A stretch of 64,000 nucleotides of DNA from Tubiluchus corallicola (lineage: Eukaryota > Animalia > Priapulida), in assembly GCA_030141605.1 (NCBI GenBank), contig JAQGDQ010000896.1, positions 18,854 through 82,853 on the forward strand, written 5' to 3'. The notes beneath the pieces were generated by a model. It was given only the letters and a program-made list of their open reading frames with translations, had not been told where the DNA came from and searched no databases. Shown here in pieces: positions 24,910 to 36,666 of this stretch; positions within the stretch are counted from its first letter, which is position 1; each line of letters starts with the position of its first letter. The position numbers were made by a program, and so were the translations under genes.

Positions 24910-25998
24910 ATGTCTGCGGAAGAACAGGAAACTGCTCAGGAAGTTGTGAAATTCCTGGATATACATGCCAGGACCGACGTGAAAGCCCTTAGCTTGCAGT
25001 TCTTTTTAGGGTTAACTGGAACGCAGCAAGGTCGTTCCTTTGTCATTCAGCACAAAGATCGTTTTCTGGCACCAGTGTACAAGCTAACAGAAGACAAAAC
25101 CGGCGCAATTGTCAAAGACTCATTTCTGTTTCTTATTAATCTTAGTGGTGATGAGGCTGGAGCTGTTGCAATGTTATCGGTGAAGCAGCCCGATTTTACG
25201 AACAAACTGCTAAGCTATGTGAAAGATAATACGAGCGATTATGCAGATAGTGTTTGTATGATAATGTCTAATTTAACTAGAACTGAAGAATGTTGTGAAC
25301 AGTTTTATAAGTTTATGTCGGAAGGTGAAGTCACCGTGGAGCACTTAATTAGCATGCTGTGCCAGATTGGATATAACGAGAAAAACTGTTTAGATTACCT
25401 TGCGCCTTTATTGTCGAATCTTACTCAGTTACCTGATGTGAGAAAGCTTATTTTGGAACAGGACGAAGAAAGACAGCTGTTTCAACGCTTACTTCCATTT
25501 ACAACCTATTCTCAGTCCAGCGTTAGAAGAGGTGGCGTCATTGGCGCGGTACGCAACTGTTGTTTCGAATCGACATATCATCCGTGGCTGTTGGGAGATG
25601 CTGTAGACTTGTTGCCACGGTTACTGCTGCCCTTAGCTGGGGGTGAAGAGCTTTCAGATGAAGAAATGGAAAAACTACCAATAGATCTGCAGTACTTGCC
25701 AGCAGAGAAGACAAGAGACACCGACGCAGATATCAGAAAAATGCTCGTTGAATCTTTGATACAACTATGCGCGACTAAGATGGGTAGAATGTACTTAAAA
25801 GACAACTATACCTATGTAATCATGCGTGAATATTACAAGTGGGAAATTGTTAAATCAAATAAAATTACTGCTGAAAAGCTGATTGAGATTCTCATAGGTG
25901 ATGAACCTGAACCCGGAATGGAAGATCTACACAAAGTGGAAATTCCTAGTGAATTAAGCAACAAGTTTAAGAAATTGGATGTCGAAGATGACTTATAA
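24910..25998 (+). CDS. HGH1: HGH1 homolog (FAM203/Brp16), ARM-repeat eEF2 folding co-chaperone, 362 aa, intronless
   Basis: Family motifs RRGGVIGAVRNCCF, LLPRLLLPLAGGEE, LPIDLQYLP, DIRKMLVESLIQLCATKMGR and YVIMREYYKWE. Start context aaaATGt. Confidence 0.95.
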   Translation: MSAEEQETAQEVVKFLDIHARTDVKALSLQFFLGLTGTQQGRSFVIQHKDRFLAPVYKLTEDKTGAIVKDSFLFLINLSGDEAGAVAMLSVKQPDFTNKLLSYVKDNTSDYADSVCMIMSNLTRTEECCEQFYKFMSEGEVTVEHLISMLCQIGYNEKNCLDYLAPLLSNLTQLPDVRKLILEQDEERQLFQRLLPFTTYSQSSVRRGGVIGAVRNCCFESTYHPWLLGDAVDLLPRLLLPLAGGEELSDEEMEKLPIDLQYLPAEKTRDTDADIRKMLVESLIQLCATKMGRMYLKDNYTYVIMREYYKWEIVKSNKITAEKLIEILIGDEPEPGMEDLHKVEIPSELSNKFKKLDVEDDL

Positions 25999-26018
25999 AA
26001 TATATTTAAAAATAGCTG

Positions 26019-26024
26019 AATAAA
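26019..26024 (+). promoter_or_regulatory. Polyadenylation signal after HGH1
   Basis: AATAAA 20 nt after the HGH1 stop, followed by T-rich sequence. It is the first canonical signal downstream of the COX20 start. Confidence 0.6.
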
Positions 26025-26602
26025 GTTTTTTGAAATTTAGGAAGGATAAAATTATGGATAAAGTTTATTAGTTTACTATTTTAATTTTATATGCCTATGC
26101 ATCTTTTATGGGCCCATTTATTTGTATGGTACTATTAGTGGCACAGTGTTATAGCGAGAAATGATTGCTATTTAGTTTACATTTACCTACATTTTTTCTG
26201 CACATTTTTGAGTACTGTAAAAAAGGTATTTGGAAATGGGTAACCTATAGTTTTAGAGTTCCTGTCTGTTGTGTCATTTGCTTAGATGCAGTTGGCATTA
26301 CTTGTTGTGGCAGTAAAATTGTTACTTCCAGCATGGATTCAGAGAGATAACTGAAGTTTGGTTTATTTGACCACTTGGCGCACACGTGCCGTGATCTCTA
26401 CATTCTTGGCTCGTATGCAGCTGGGCAGTGTAGTGCCGCGTAGTGTTAGATTAAGCATTCAATTTGTACCATAATAATGCACATTGATGCAAGCAATTTT
26501 AACTATTGTTGCTTCATTTGGTTACTTGTGATTGTAAAAATGGTTAGAATTTGTTAATCTAGGCATATTACTAATGCTTTGTTAGACACATAATTGATAA
26601 TA

Positions 26603-27144
26603 CAGTAAATTCTGTGTAACTCAATATCGCATAACTCAAATTTTTGCCTAACTTAAAGAATTTCAGCGGAACGGATGAAATCCTTCGTTTTTCCCACAAA
26701 AAACATTGCTTAACTCAAAATATATCTCAAAAAAATATATCTCAAAATTTTGTACAACTCAAATAAAAAATTATGGTCTATTTAATTGAAATACATGTAA
26801 TTTACTTCGCCTAATGCAAAAACGCAATCTATACTTTTGAAAAATAAAAAAGTTTCCTACAACTACAAAACAGTTTCGTCTTACAGGAAAATTTTGATGT
26901 CTTGTACAAGTTGCGTCCCCCCCATTATTTTCTCCGGGATTGGAGTTTCCATGATCTTTTGTAACATAAAAAAAATCGTGTTTCGCTACTTAATTTGCTA
27001 TTCTTTATGTATAAAAGGGTTGACGTTCTGCCTTCTATTTAGTTCGCCGTCTGGAGGAGGGATTCTGTGCTGCAAAATGGTCAACATTGCATAACTCAAG
27101 TTTTTTTTCGGTCTGGTTGGATTTGAGTTATGAATAATTTATAG
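26603..27144. mobile_element. pogo/Tigger-like MITE (diverged)
   Basis: TA|CAGTAAATTC..TAACTCAA left end and TTGAGTTA..AATTTA right end, with repeated TAACTCAA motifs. A related end fragment lies at about 45092-45147. Confidence 0.6.
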
Positions 27145-27220
27145 TACTATTATTAGTACTATTAACAATAATAGTACTACATCACGTACTGGAATTAAAA
27201 AAACTACTAAATATGAGGGC

Positions 27221-27578
27221 CAGTGGCGTAGTTAATAGCGGAGCACTTATAAGGGCAAGTGCCTCTCCCAGAGCACATTTTTCAAAATTGCCGATTTTTC
27301 AACATTTTTTCACAATGCTTCGTTTTGTTTTCATTCTACGTTAAAAATTAAAAGTTAAATAACGCACGTTTTATTACGTCTTGAGATTTATGAACTTACT
27401 GTAAATGTTTCCCTGCATTTTTTACTACTTTTATAACAATCATGTACTTCCTTTAAAACTGTATCTTCCACGTGTAAATAAAATACATAATCAATGCGTT
27501 AAAAATCGTTTGGTATGTGTCACGGTGCCTTTTTTATGTGCTTGCTCCCTCTAATTTTAGAACCCGACTATGCCTCTG
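27221..27578. mobile_element. hAT-type MITE
   Basis: TIRs CAGTGGCGTAG / CTATGCCTCTG. TSD atgagggc/gtgagggc (7 of 8 match). Confidence 0.8.
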
Positions 27579-27761
27579 GTGAGGGCACCATAGGACCATC
27601 AGTCCTTTACGTGTTCCCAGTTCTTTTTGTTTTTTACAATATATTAATGTAAAAATAGTTACCGGGCAGCTAGTCATTGCTTTTCACGCTTGGTCACTGG
27701 CTGCATTTTTTAAAAGAATTCAGGGAAAAGTGGATTTAATAAAAATGTTTAGTTGTAGAAA

Positions 27762-28237
27762 AACTTTGTTACACATGTATTTAGAATCACGGGGTGGTGC
27801 TAGAGCAAAACACTCATGAGTTGTCTTCGTTAAAGCACAAAACTTTGTTACACATGAATTTAGAATCACGGGGTGGTGCTAGAGCTACACACTCATGAGT
27901 TGTCTTCGTTAAAGCACAAGACTTTGTTACACATGAATTTAGAATCACGGGGTGGTGCTAGAGCTACACACTCATGAGTTGTCTTCGTTAAAGCACAAAA
28001 CTTTGTTACACATGAATTTAGAATCACGGGGTGGTGCTAGAGCTACACACTCATGAGTTGTCTTCGTTAAAGCACAAGACTTTGTTACACATGAATTTAG
28101 AATCACGGGGTGGTGCTAGAGCTACACACTCATGAGTTGTCTTCGTTAAAGCACAAGACTTTGTTACACATGAATTTAGAATCACGGGGTGGTGCTAGAG
28201 CTACACACTCATGAGTTATCTTCGTTAAAGCCCAAGA
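27762..28237. repeat. Tandem repeat, 79-bp unit x6
   Basis: actttgttacacatgaatttagaatcacggggtggtgctagagc... recurs with period 79. Confidence 0.95.
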
Positions 28238-28719
28238 AAACAGTCCTCATAAACAAAGCCTAAAAATTTTGAAATTTTATGTCAGTTACCTGCTGTCTTT
28301 TTGCGTACGGGGCTTGCGCCCATAGTAACACTACATAATTTACAAGTAACACTACTTGTAAATTTGAAATCTGGCGATAATGGCTGAGCCTAGTCAATTT
28401 AAAAAAAAAGCCATTTTCAGACAACATTGTGTTAAAGTTTTAAAAAATCATCAGAGCATTCATAGCACATTCGTTGTTGCTAACTAAGCAAAACTTTAAA
28501 TTACTTCATATTGTAAGATTATCAATGTGTTTTTTGTGAAGAATGGTGCACACTGGGATGGCAATACAATGACGTTTTATCCGGTGGTGTGAATATTTTA
28601 AATTAAGAATTTTCTTTTCCAGTTGTATATATAAGTTGTGCAAATGGGTAACTGTAATGCTAAAATAATATAACTATGTATGGACAGTTTTTGGGACGTA
28701 GTTTCAAACTGCCCTTTCT

Positions 28720-29462
28720 TTCCCTTCAAGCTTCCCTGCATTGTTTAGTGTTCCCCTTCAAGCTTTTCTGCATTGTTTAGTGTTCCCCTTCAAGCTTTTC
28801 TGCATTGTTTAGTGTTCCCCTTCAAGCTTTACTGCATTGTTTAGTGTTCCCCCTTCAAGCTTTCCTGCATTGTTTAGTGTTCCCCCTTCAAGCTTTCCTG
28901 CATTGTTTAGTGTTCCCCTTCAAGCTTTCCTGCATTGTTTAGTGTTCCCCTTCAAGCTTTTCTGCATTGTTTAGTGTTCCCCCTTCAAGCTTTCCTGCAT
29001 TGTTTAGTGTTCCCCCTTCAAGCTTTCCTGCATTTTTTAGTGTTCACCTTCAAGCTTTCCTGCATTGTTTAGTGTTCCCCCTTCAAGCTTTCCTGCATTG
29101 TTTAGTGTTCCCCCTTCAAGCTTTCCTGCATTTTTTAGTGTTCCCCTTCAAGCTTTCCTGCATTTTTTAGTGTTCACCTTCAAGCTTTCCTGCATTGTTT
29201 AGTGTTCCCATTGAAGCTTTCCTGCATTGTTTAGTGTTCCCCTTCAAGCTTTCCTGCATTGTTTAGTGTTCCCCTTGAAGCTTTCCTGCATTGTTTAGTG
29301 TTCCCCTTGAAGCTTTCCTGCATTGTTTAGTGTTCCCCTTGAAGCTTTCCTGCATTGTTTAGTGTTCCCCTTGAAGCTTTCCTGCATTGTTTAGTGTTCC
29401 CCTTGAAGCTTTCCTGCATTGTTTAGTGTTCCCCTTCAAGCTTTCCTGCATTGTTTAATGTT
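28720..29462. repeat. Minisatellite, 32-33-bp unit, about 23 copies
   Basis: Unit ttccccttcaagctttcctgcattgtttagtg. Confidence 0.95.
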
Positions 29463-29747
29463 TATAGCACGTACTTAACAAGTTATAGAAATCTAATCAA
29501 AACCAAGAACAATATAATTTTCAGGTGATCTATTTTTATTCATCAGAAAGTTACAAATGAGAAGAATAGTAATTTAACAGATAAATAAACCATTTATTTA
29601 CATCATGTCTGGTGTTTTTCATCTTAATGCAAATTCTTTGTTTATATATTTTATTTTACTATCTTTTAAGCAAAATAACTAAGATTAGTAGAATGATGAT
29701 GATGAAATGAAACGTATATGTCTTATATGTATAACTTTTGGGAAGCG

Positions 29748-30484
29748 ATAAGTGTTTATTCATGACAAATGGCTGCTCAACTCACACAATAAGTGTTTGT
29801 TCATGACAACTGGCTGCTCAACTCACACAATAAGTGTTTGTTCATGACAAATGGCTGCTCAACTCACACAATAAGTGTTTGTTCATGACAAATGGCTGCT
29901 CAACTCACACAATAAGTGTTTGTTCATGACAAATGGCTGCTAAACTCACACAATAAGTGTTTGTTCATGACAACTGGCTGCTCAACTCACACAATAAGTG
30001 TTTATTCATGACAACTGGCTGCTCAACGCACACAATAAGTGTTTGTTCATGACAACTGGCTGCTCAACCCACACAATAAGTGTTTGTTCATGACAAATGG
30101 CTGCTCAACTCACACAATAAGTGTTTGTTCATGACAAATGGCTGCTCAACTCACACAATAAGTGTTTGTTCATGACAAATGGCTGCTCAACTCACACAAT
30201 AAGTGTTTGTTCATGACAACTGGCTGCTCAACTCACACAATAAGTGTTTGTTCATGACAACTGGCTGCTCAACTCACACAATAAGTATTTGTTCATGACA
30301 AATGGCTGCTCAACTCACACAATAAGTGTTTGTTCATGACAAATGGCTGCTCAACTCACACAATAAGTGTTTGTTCATGACAACTGGCTGCTCAACTCAC
30401 ACAATAAGTGTTTGTTCATGACAACTGGCTGCTCAACTCACACAATAAGTATTTGTTCATGACAAATGGCTGCTCAAGTCACAC
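29748..30484. repeat. Minisatellite, 41-bp unit, about 18 copies
   Basis: Unit aataagtgtttgttcatgacaaatggctgctcaactcacac. Confidence 0.95.
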
Positions 30485-30835
30485 CTTTTGCTTTTTACAA
30501 TAAATTCTAAACAAAAAATATTTAAAATGCAATAAAATTACGAAATGACAAATAACAGCATAAAATTTTCTAATTCTAATAAAGTGATAAAACTCTACAA
30601 TAACAGTTTTAGTGTAATTTTACATTTTTATAAATTTACAAGTATGGTTGCTTTTCAGACAGGGAAAATTTTTATACATGATCTAGTTTCTGTCAAAATT
30701 TTACATTAAATTGATTACATGGCACTCTGTGAAAAGCTGCTAATAAAACAAACGTGTCGGAAATTGAATATGAATTCACAGCAAACGTTGTTGGGCATTC
30801 GGGCTAGCTGTCTGAATTAATGTAAACAGTCATAA

Positions 30836-31604
30836 ACCCTGTTTACACTGGACAGAAAATACCACACCCGGTGGGGACATATCTGGATCTAATGCAACAT
30901 ACAGTCACACAGCCAGAAAGACTACTACGGACAGGGTTGGACTATCATATAGCAGAGTACAGGCTGCAGCCTAGGGTCTTTTAAACTTGGAGGGTCAAGG
31001 TTTGGTAATAATTGGAAAAAGTCCATTACCGTTGTGTTGAAGTATGTGCTAATTTAGTTGGGAATAAATAGTAAAATAGGGTATTTCTTAAATAATATGT
31101 TTATTGGCAAACAAAAGATAACTTTTCTAGTTTATTTAAAGAATTTGCAATAAGTTTATTTCAAACTATGTAAATGTTGCTGAAACACACCAGGAGCGAA
31201 AAATATTCAAGACGGGTGCGAGTGATTTAGAGAGTGGCTCCATCTCAGTAGTGGCATAATTCAACAGCCTAACTGTCTAGGGGCCCCAAGAGGTCAACAT
31301 CCCGCTCTGAATACGAGTAGTGAACTTTTCGGATTACTTTCCTAATGTGATCCTGGAAGATTAATACATTCAGGACCTGGATTGTAATGAAAAAAGCAAA
31401 TTACCTCATGATGTATCTTTTTGCTATGCACAGTACAGCTCTTCATTTCATTGTTAATGACACAAAGGCAAAAATAAGTCCACATATCTACATGCTGTTC
31501 TACATGTGAACAGTGGCACAAACTAACAAAGTCATTAAAGGTGTGAAAAGTATTAAGATCATCCAGGATGTGTCCAGTATCTTCTCTCGTCATGTAAACA
31601 GGGC
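30836..31604. mobile_element. PIF/Harbinger-like MITE with a nested hAT MITE (30932-31309)
   Basis: Outer TIRs CCCTGTTTACA / TGTAAACAGGG in TAA/TTA-like context. The inner CAGGGTTGGA...ATCCCGCTCTG resembles 6404-6826. Confidence 0.65.
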
Positions 31605-34600
31605 TTTATAACCAAGCCTTAAGCTTCAATAATTTGTTTAAAGTTTAAAATGAATACTATATTGGGTGGCGCAGAAAAAATGTGCCGAAATGAAAAAAAT
31701 GTGTTTAGACAATGCATTAGTTTTTGACTGAAAAAGTTACGAATTTATAGTTTCGGTAGGTTTTCAAGTTTCGGTTAAGAAAGTTTTGCATGTTAAAAAA
31801 TTAAATGCCAGAACAATATCAGCTATAGTCATCAACTGAAAAACAGCTGTGTTGTGTGTAAAGTATCCAGTAGATGGCAGCACCACAATAAAGAAATCAA
31901 TCACTTTACATCATTGTCTTCACTAGAAAAGATAAACCACTGATAAAGATGTTTTATCAAGAAAAATGGGACTCGATTCTCTGGGTTGTGGTGTCCAGAA
32001 TTCCTTAAAGGGAGTGTACAGTGGCTGCACAGAACCGTTTGATGCAGAGGAACAAAAGGTTTAAATGGTTGAGTACTAAACACCCCCTTTTAAAAAACTG
32101 AAAAAGCTATTGGATAAAATGCCTTCGTTTAGTTTGCAGTAAAAATGGTGGACACATAGTGCACTGCTGTAACTTTTAGCAATAGTGGCAAAAATTTTTT
32201 CTGGCATTTAGTTTATTAACTTGCTGATTAAACTCCTCTATCTTTGGACAATTCCAAGGGAAATATCCTAACATTTTTACTCTTTATACATAAATGTGTG
32301 TCACATCAATGTGGCAATTTTCAAGATTCCATCATTTTTTTTCTAGTGATATCGTGATCAAATCTTTGGTACTTTCTGCACTACATGATTTATCAGTACG
32401 GCAAATTCTCTGAATGCATCTAGCGAATTTCGTAGCACATGATGTGCCCTGGTGCCCAACTTACAAACTATTCTAAAAAATTCTTGAGAGCAGTGTCCGC
32501 GCCACCTGCTGGTAGTCACCACAGTCAATATTTCTTCACAATCTTATTTACAATGTTATTAAAGTGTAACCTGTTGTGTTATTAGCAGGCATTCGTGGAG
32601 GGCAGCACAAGTTCAACTTAAGTTGGAACAAGTTTGTACAAACTCACTCTACACCTAGGATAAACAGACGTTTGTGAAGAAACATTGAGTAAGCGTTACC
32701 TGCAGGAATTCTATATTGGAATACATTCCATTAGGATAAATCTGTAAATGTACAATTAACGTAATAATGAATGTAATTAATAACAATTACAATTTATAAT
32801 TACAATATCGTGAATCTACAAATATAGCTAATGTTATCTCAAGCTGTCATTAACCACACAGTGCTCATCCAGCTTACAGGTTACAATGATTTATAAATAC
32901 ATAAAATGAACATTTAAATTGTGTTATGTATAAACCTCACAATAATGAAAAATTTATTATTACTTAATTTTAATTAAGAGATGCTAGACTTAAGTTTTAA
33001 TGTAAACTGTGTAAAAATTCAGTTAAAGGCCAACTAAGTAAGTGTCAAAGTTTTCCCTGAAAACAGTAATTTGAGAAAAAGAGTATCTTTGTGGTGAAAT
33101 GGATAGCATAACCCTATAATGGTTATAAAAAAGATGGTCTTGGTTCAAACTTAGTGGAAGGGCAACTTTTTTCAGACTTTCTAATTTAGCCTAGTTTTCA
33201 TGGATTATATGAACAGTTCATGTAAAATGCCAATATCAATACAATTAGCGTAGCTGATCAGATTTGCACGTTTTGAAAAGAATGTAAGTTGATGATGACT
33301 GCAAAACGGTCAAAGGTTAAGCGAACTAGACAACACATTTGTGTACACGTGACATCGCAGCCCATGCTAGTGTAATAGTAACAGTTTTAACAGCTAGCTA
33401 GAACCTTACCTAGTTCATTTTTTCTTGTTCTCAAACAAGATGCAGCTAGTAAATCACTCTACACACAGACTAATGCATAATCAAGTAGTAAAGTCCACGT
33501 AATACAACAAGGAAATAGTGTCGCAAATGAAGTTGCTGAACCAATGCGGCAGACAGCTTTGTTTGCTGGGGTTCACTTAACCTTTGACATACAAGAACTG
33601 CGCATGAGCATAGCAAAACTGTGAAAAGGCTTACAGGTGTGCTGCCATCACATTACAGCTCCCACGTTGATGTTTTTGTTAGATAAATGAGTGAATCATT
33701 AAGATTTTACGGAGACAAGATCGTAGGACGAGCAAAACGACACCCTACTTCATTGTCACCTACTGAGTTGGCCTTTCAGTATGATCTCAAACTCTTCAGA
33801 AAACGGAACAATAATGCACTAGCAACTTTTTCTATTATTTCCAGATTTTTCTGGTTATCCTTTGTTTAATACGGACGATGTGCGATTAATAACGCCCTGA
33901 GAATAACTTCTACACAGACTCGGTTATAACCAATATACACATTGGAATCAAAATGGCCAATATTAAAAGCTAATCTGACATTACAAAGCAAAACGTCTCT
34001 GCAAAACGCACTTTTATACATGCAAAATAAATTCACTTCAAATAGCTTAAAATAAATACTGTAAGTTCAGTAATAATGATAAAAAACAGGTAAAGGACAG
34101 CACAAATTTCAGATGCAGCAAAAAATGATTCATTGTCAATTTCTTAATTGCAAAATCCGCAATCTGTCTGTGATTGATTGACATGATTGGCTTTTTGCAA
34201 ACCTTAAAGGAAAACAGGACTATTTTTCAGATCGTTTTCTATTTAATCTAATTTACTTTTTTATTCCAAAATGCCATCAATAATACATTGTTACATGCAT
34301 TACAGTCAAGATATTTCTACTACAAAACAGAACAAAATTTAAAGTTTCACCAGATATTGAGATACAGGGCAAGAAGGTAGACTTGTACAGGCCTGAATTT
34401 ACATTTTATCATCTGTAAAAAAGCCAAAATGTTTCTGATAATTAAATATTAGCTTAGAAATCTAATTAACTGCCAGTGAGCACAGTTCTTGATGACTTTA
34501 CAACTGAACATAATTCTCTGAGAGCAGAAACATTCCTTGTACACAGTTGGATGCCTATCCAAGAGCAAAACTGAATATAGTACTAGTGTACTGTACCCAC

Positions 34601-36080
34601 ACCAATTAAGCAAATTTTAAGCAAAAGAAACTTAAATTCCAAATTTACTGCAGTGTTAACACATCACTTCACAAGACTGTGTCTCATCACAAGTTAAGTG
34701 TTTTTCTGATCAGTACAGTGCCTATTTTTTGTACATTTTACGCTTATGAGGTAGGCACTGTCGTCCATCTAACCAGGTTTCTACATAACAAGTCATTCTT
34801 GCAAAACAATATTTTCTCTCTCAATATTTTATTTTATGAGTTAGATAATTTTGGGGCCTGTTATGGCATAATAATAATAATGGCATAAAATTGCGTCCTG
34901 TTTTCCTTTAACTTTTCAAGAAAGTTAACTATGGTTGAAAAGAAAACACTGCAATATTAATCATCATCAGATAGTTCAGAACATAAAAACAGAGCTAGGA
35001 GGGAATGTAACAATATATAATACTGTCACTTATTAAATAATAAATAAACAATAATTAAGAGCCTGAGGTAAACTTGCAGTAAATGCCCTATTATGTCAGT
35101 AATTAAAATTAATAAATTTTATTTATCCGTTTGATGCATTAAGTACCAAAAAATGATTCTACAACTGAACTGCTGAGATCCGAATGCTGCGAAACACAGT
35201 AAAACCTTATAATGATTATGGTGATTCTGTGATATATATACATATACAACAGAGTGAACTACAACACCCATAACTCTTTATAAAAACCGCTACGATTAAA
35301 ACAGCTAAAAACAAATGGCGCATGATAACAACAACAACAATAACAATAATAACAATAGAAGTGTAAAGATAATCAAATATACAAGGTATTTTAAATAAAG
35401 GTTTCTAATGTGTCTCGGCTACACTTTCTAATCCAGGATGATGTAGGATGACGATCATGAATAGAAAAAGTGGATAGGAGGGGCAGTAAAAAGTTGGGAG
35501 ATTATTGGCCAGCTTCACTTATCAAACAAATCTGCCTTTTAATGAAAAATATTACTAAAAGCCACTATTTGTGAAAACATAGTAATAAAATTCTCTTACC
35601 TTTAGTTATGAAAAGTGTCAAAACTTAGTGAAAAAAACCACAATGTAGTGGCCCAAAAATTTAATCAAACATTTATATAAGTCACTAGGTTTACATAAAA
35701 CAATAGAGTAGTCTAGCAGAGACAATTAATGTACCATATAAATAAAAACTTTTTACTAGGTTCAAATTATTAACTGTAAATACAAAGTAGAGATATACAT
35801 ACATTTACATGTATATTATAATGTAGGTAAAACAAATGCAGATAAATATGTATGTAAGCAAAGCTCTGCAAAAAGTAAAGTTAATAATATACACACACCA
35901 CAATGATAGTTCTGCTCCAAACAAATGATCACAGATGATTGTTTTCACAAAACAGTGCGAGATTCTTAAAAATTTGCACACTAGATGGCAGCTGCAATAA
36001 TTTCCATCAATGCTGTAGAAAGCATTACGTTTATAAGACGCAACTAATTATAAGACTACATTAGCTTCCCCCATCAAGTA

Positions 36081-36332
36081 GGGGCCATTCAAAAATTACC
36101 AAGCACAATTTTGATCATTTTTGTACACTCTCCCCCTTGTCACAGCATATAACATGTTCAGAAACTTCCTAGAAATTACATAATGGCAGCTATAGTAGCC
36201 CTCATTGTAGGTTTCTGTTTTAGAAATGTAGGAGTTTTTGGACTGACGGATTAACTAAGCCTTAAAGTGTCAAATGAACCACTTCATCACTACTCCATAC
36301 TCTTACGCATTACGTAATTTTTGAACAGCCCC
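36081..36332. mobile_element. PIF/Harbinger-like MITE
   Basis: TIRs GGGGCCATTCAAAAATTAC / GTAATTTTTGAACAGCCCC, followed by TAA. Confidence 0.75.
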
Positions 36333-36564
36333 TAAGCAAAATTGCTTTGCAAGACATGCTGCCATCTAGCATCAGGAAATTGTACGAAATCAGCTATGAG
36401 CGTTAATACATAATTTCTAGGCTTTGTACTTACAAAATAGACTAACCTTTATGTGAGATTTTTTTTCTTACAAACAAAACGGCCTAGTTGGCTTCCACTG
36501 ATTGCATCATCTTCATGCAATCATGTGCACAGTATGCATCATCTGATTAATTAAGCATGTTCAA

Positions 36565-36666
36565 TCATGTACTCAGCTTGCCTTTGGCCGTACCATTGCT
36601 GCTACTTGTACTGTTCATAGCTAATTTTTGCATCCGTCGAATAACGGCTGTCGCATTGTACGCTTG
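36565..36666 (-). CDS. CAMK1: CaMKI exon (calmodulin-binding helix), read through to TGA
   Basis: ctacag acceptor. Encodes QAYNATAVIRRMQKLAMNSTSSSNGTAKGKLST*. The 3' boundary is uncertain because internal donors are possible. Confidence 0.85.
   Translation of the reverse strand, partial: QAYNATAVIRRMQKLAMNSTSSSNGTAKGKLST

Noticed and set aside
27762-30484. CRISPR-like appearance of the regular repeats
   Set aside because: The units are contiguous with no unique spacers, there are no cas genes, and the context is eukaryotic.
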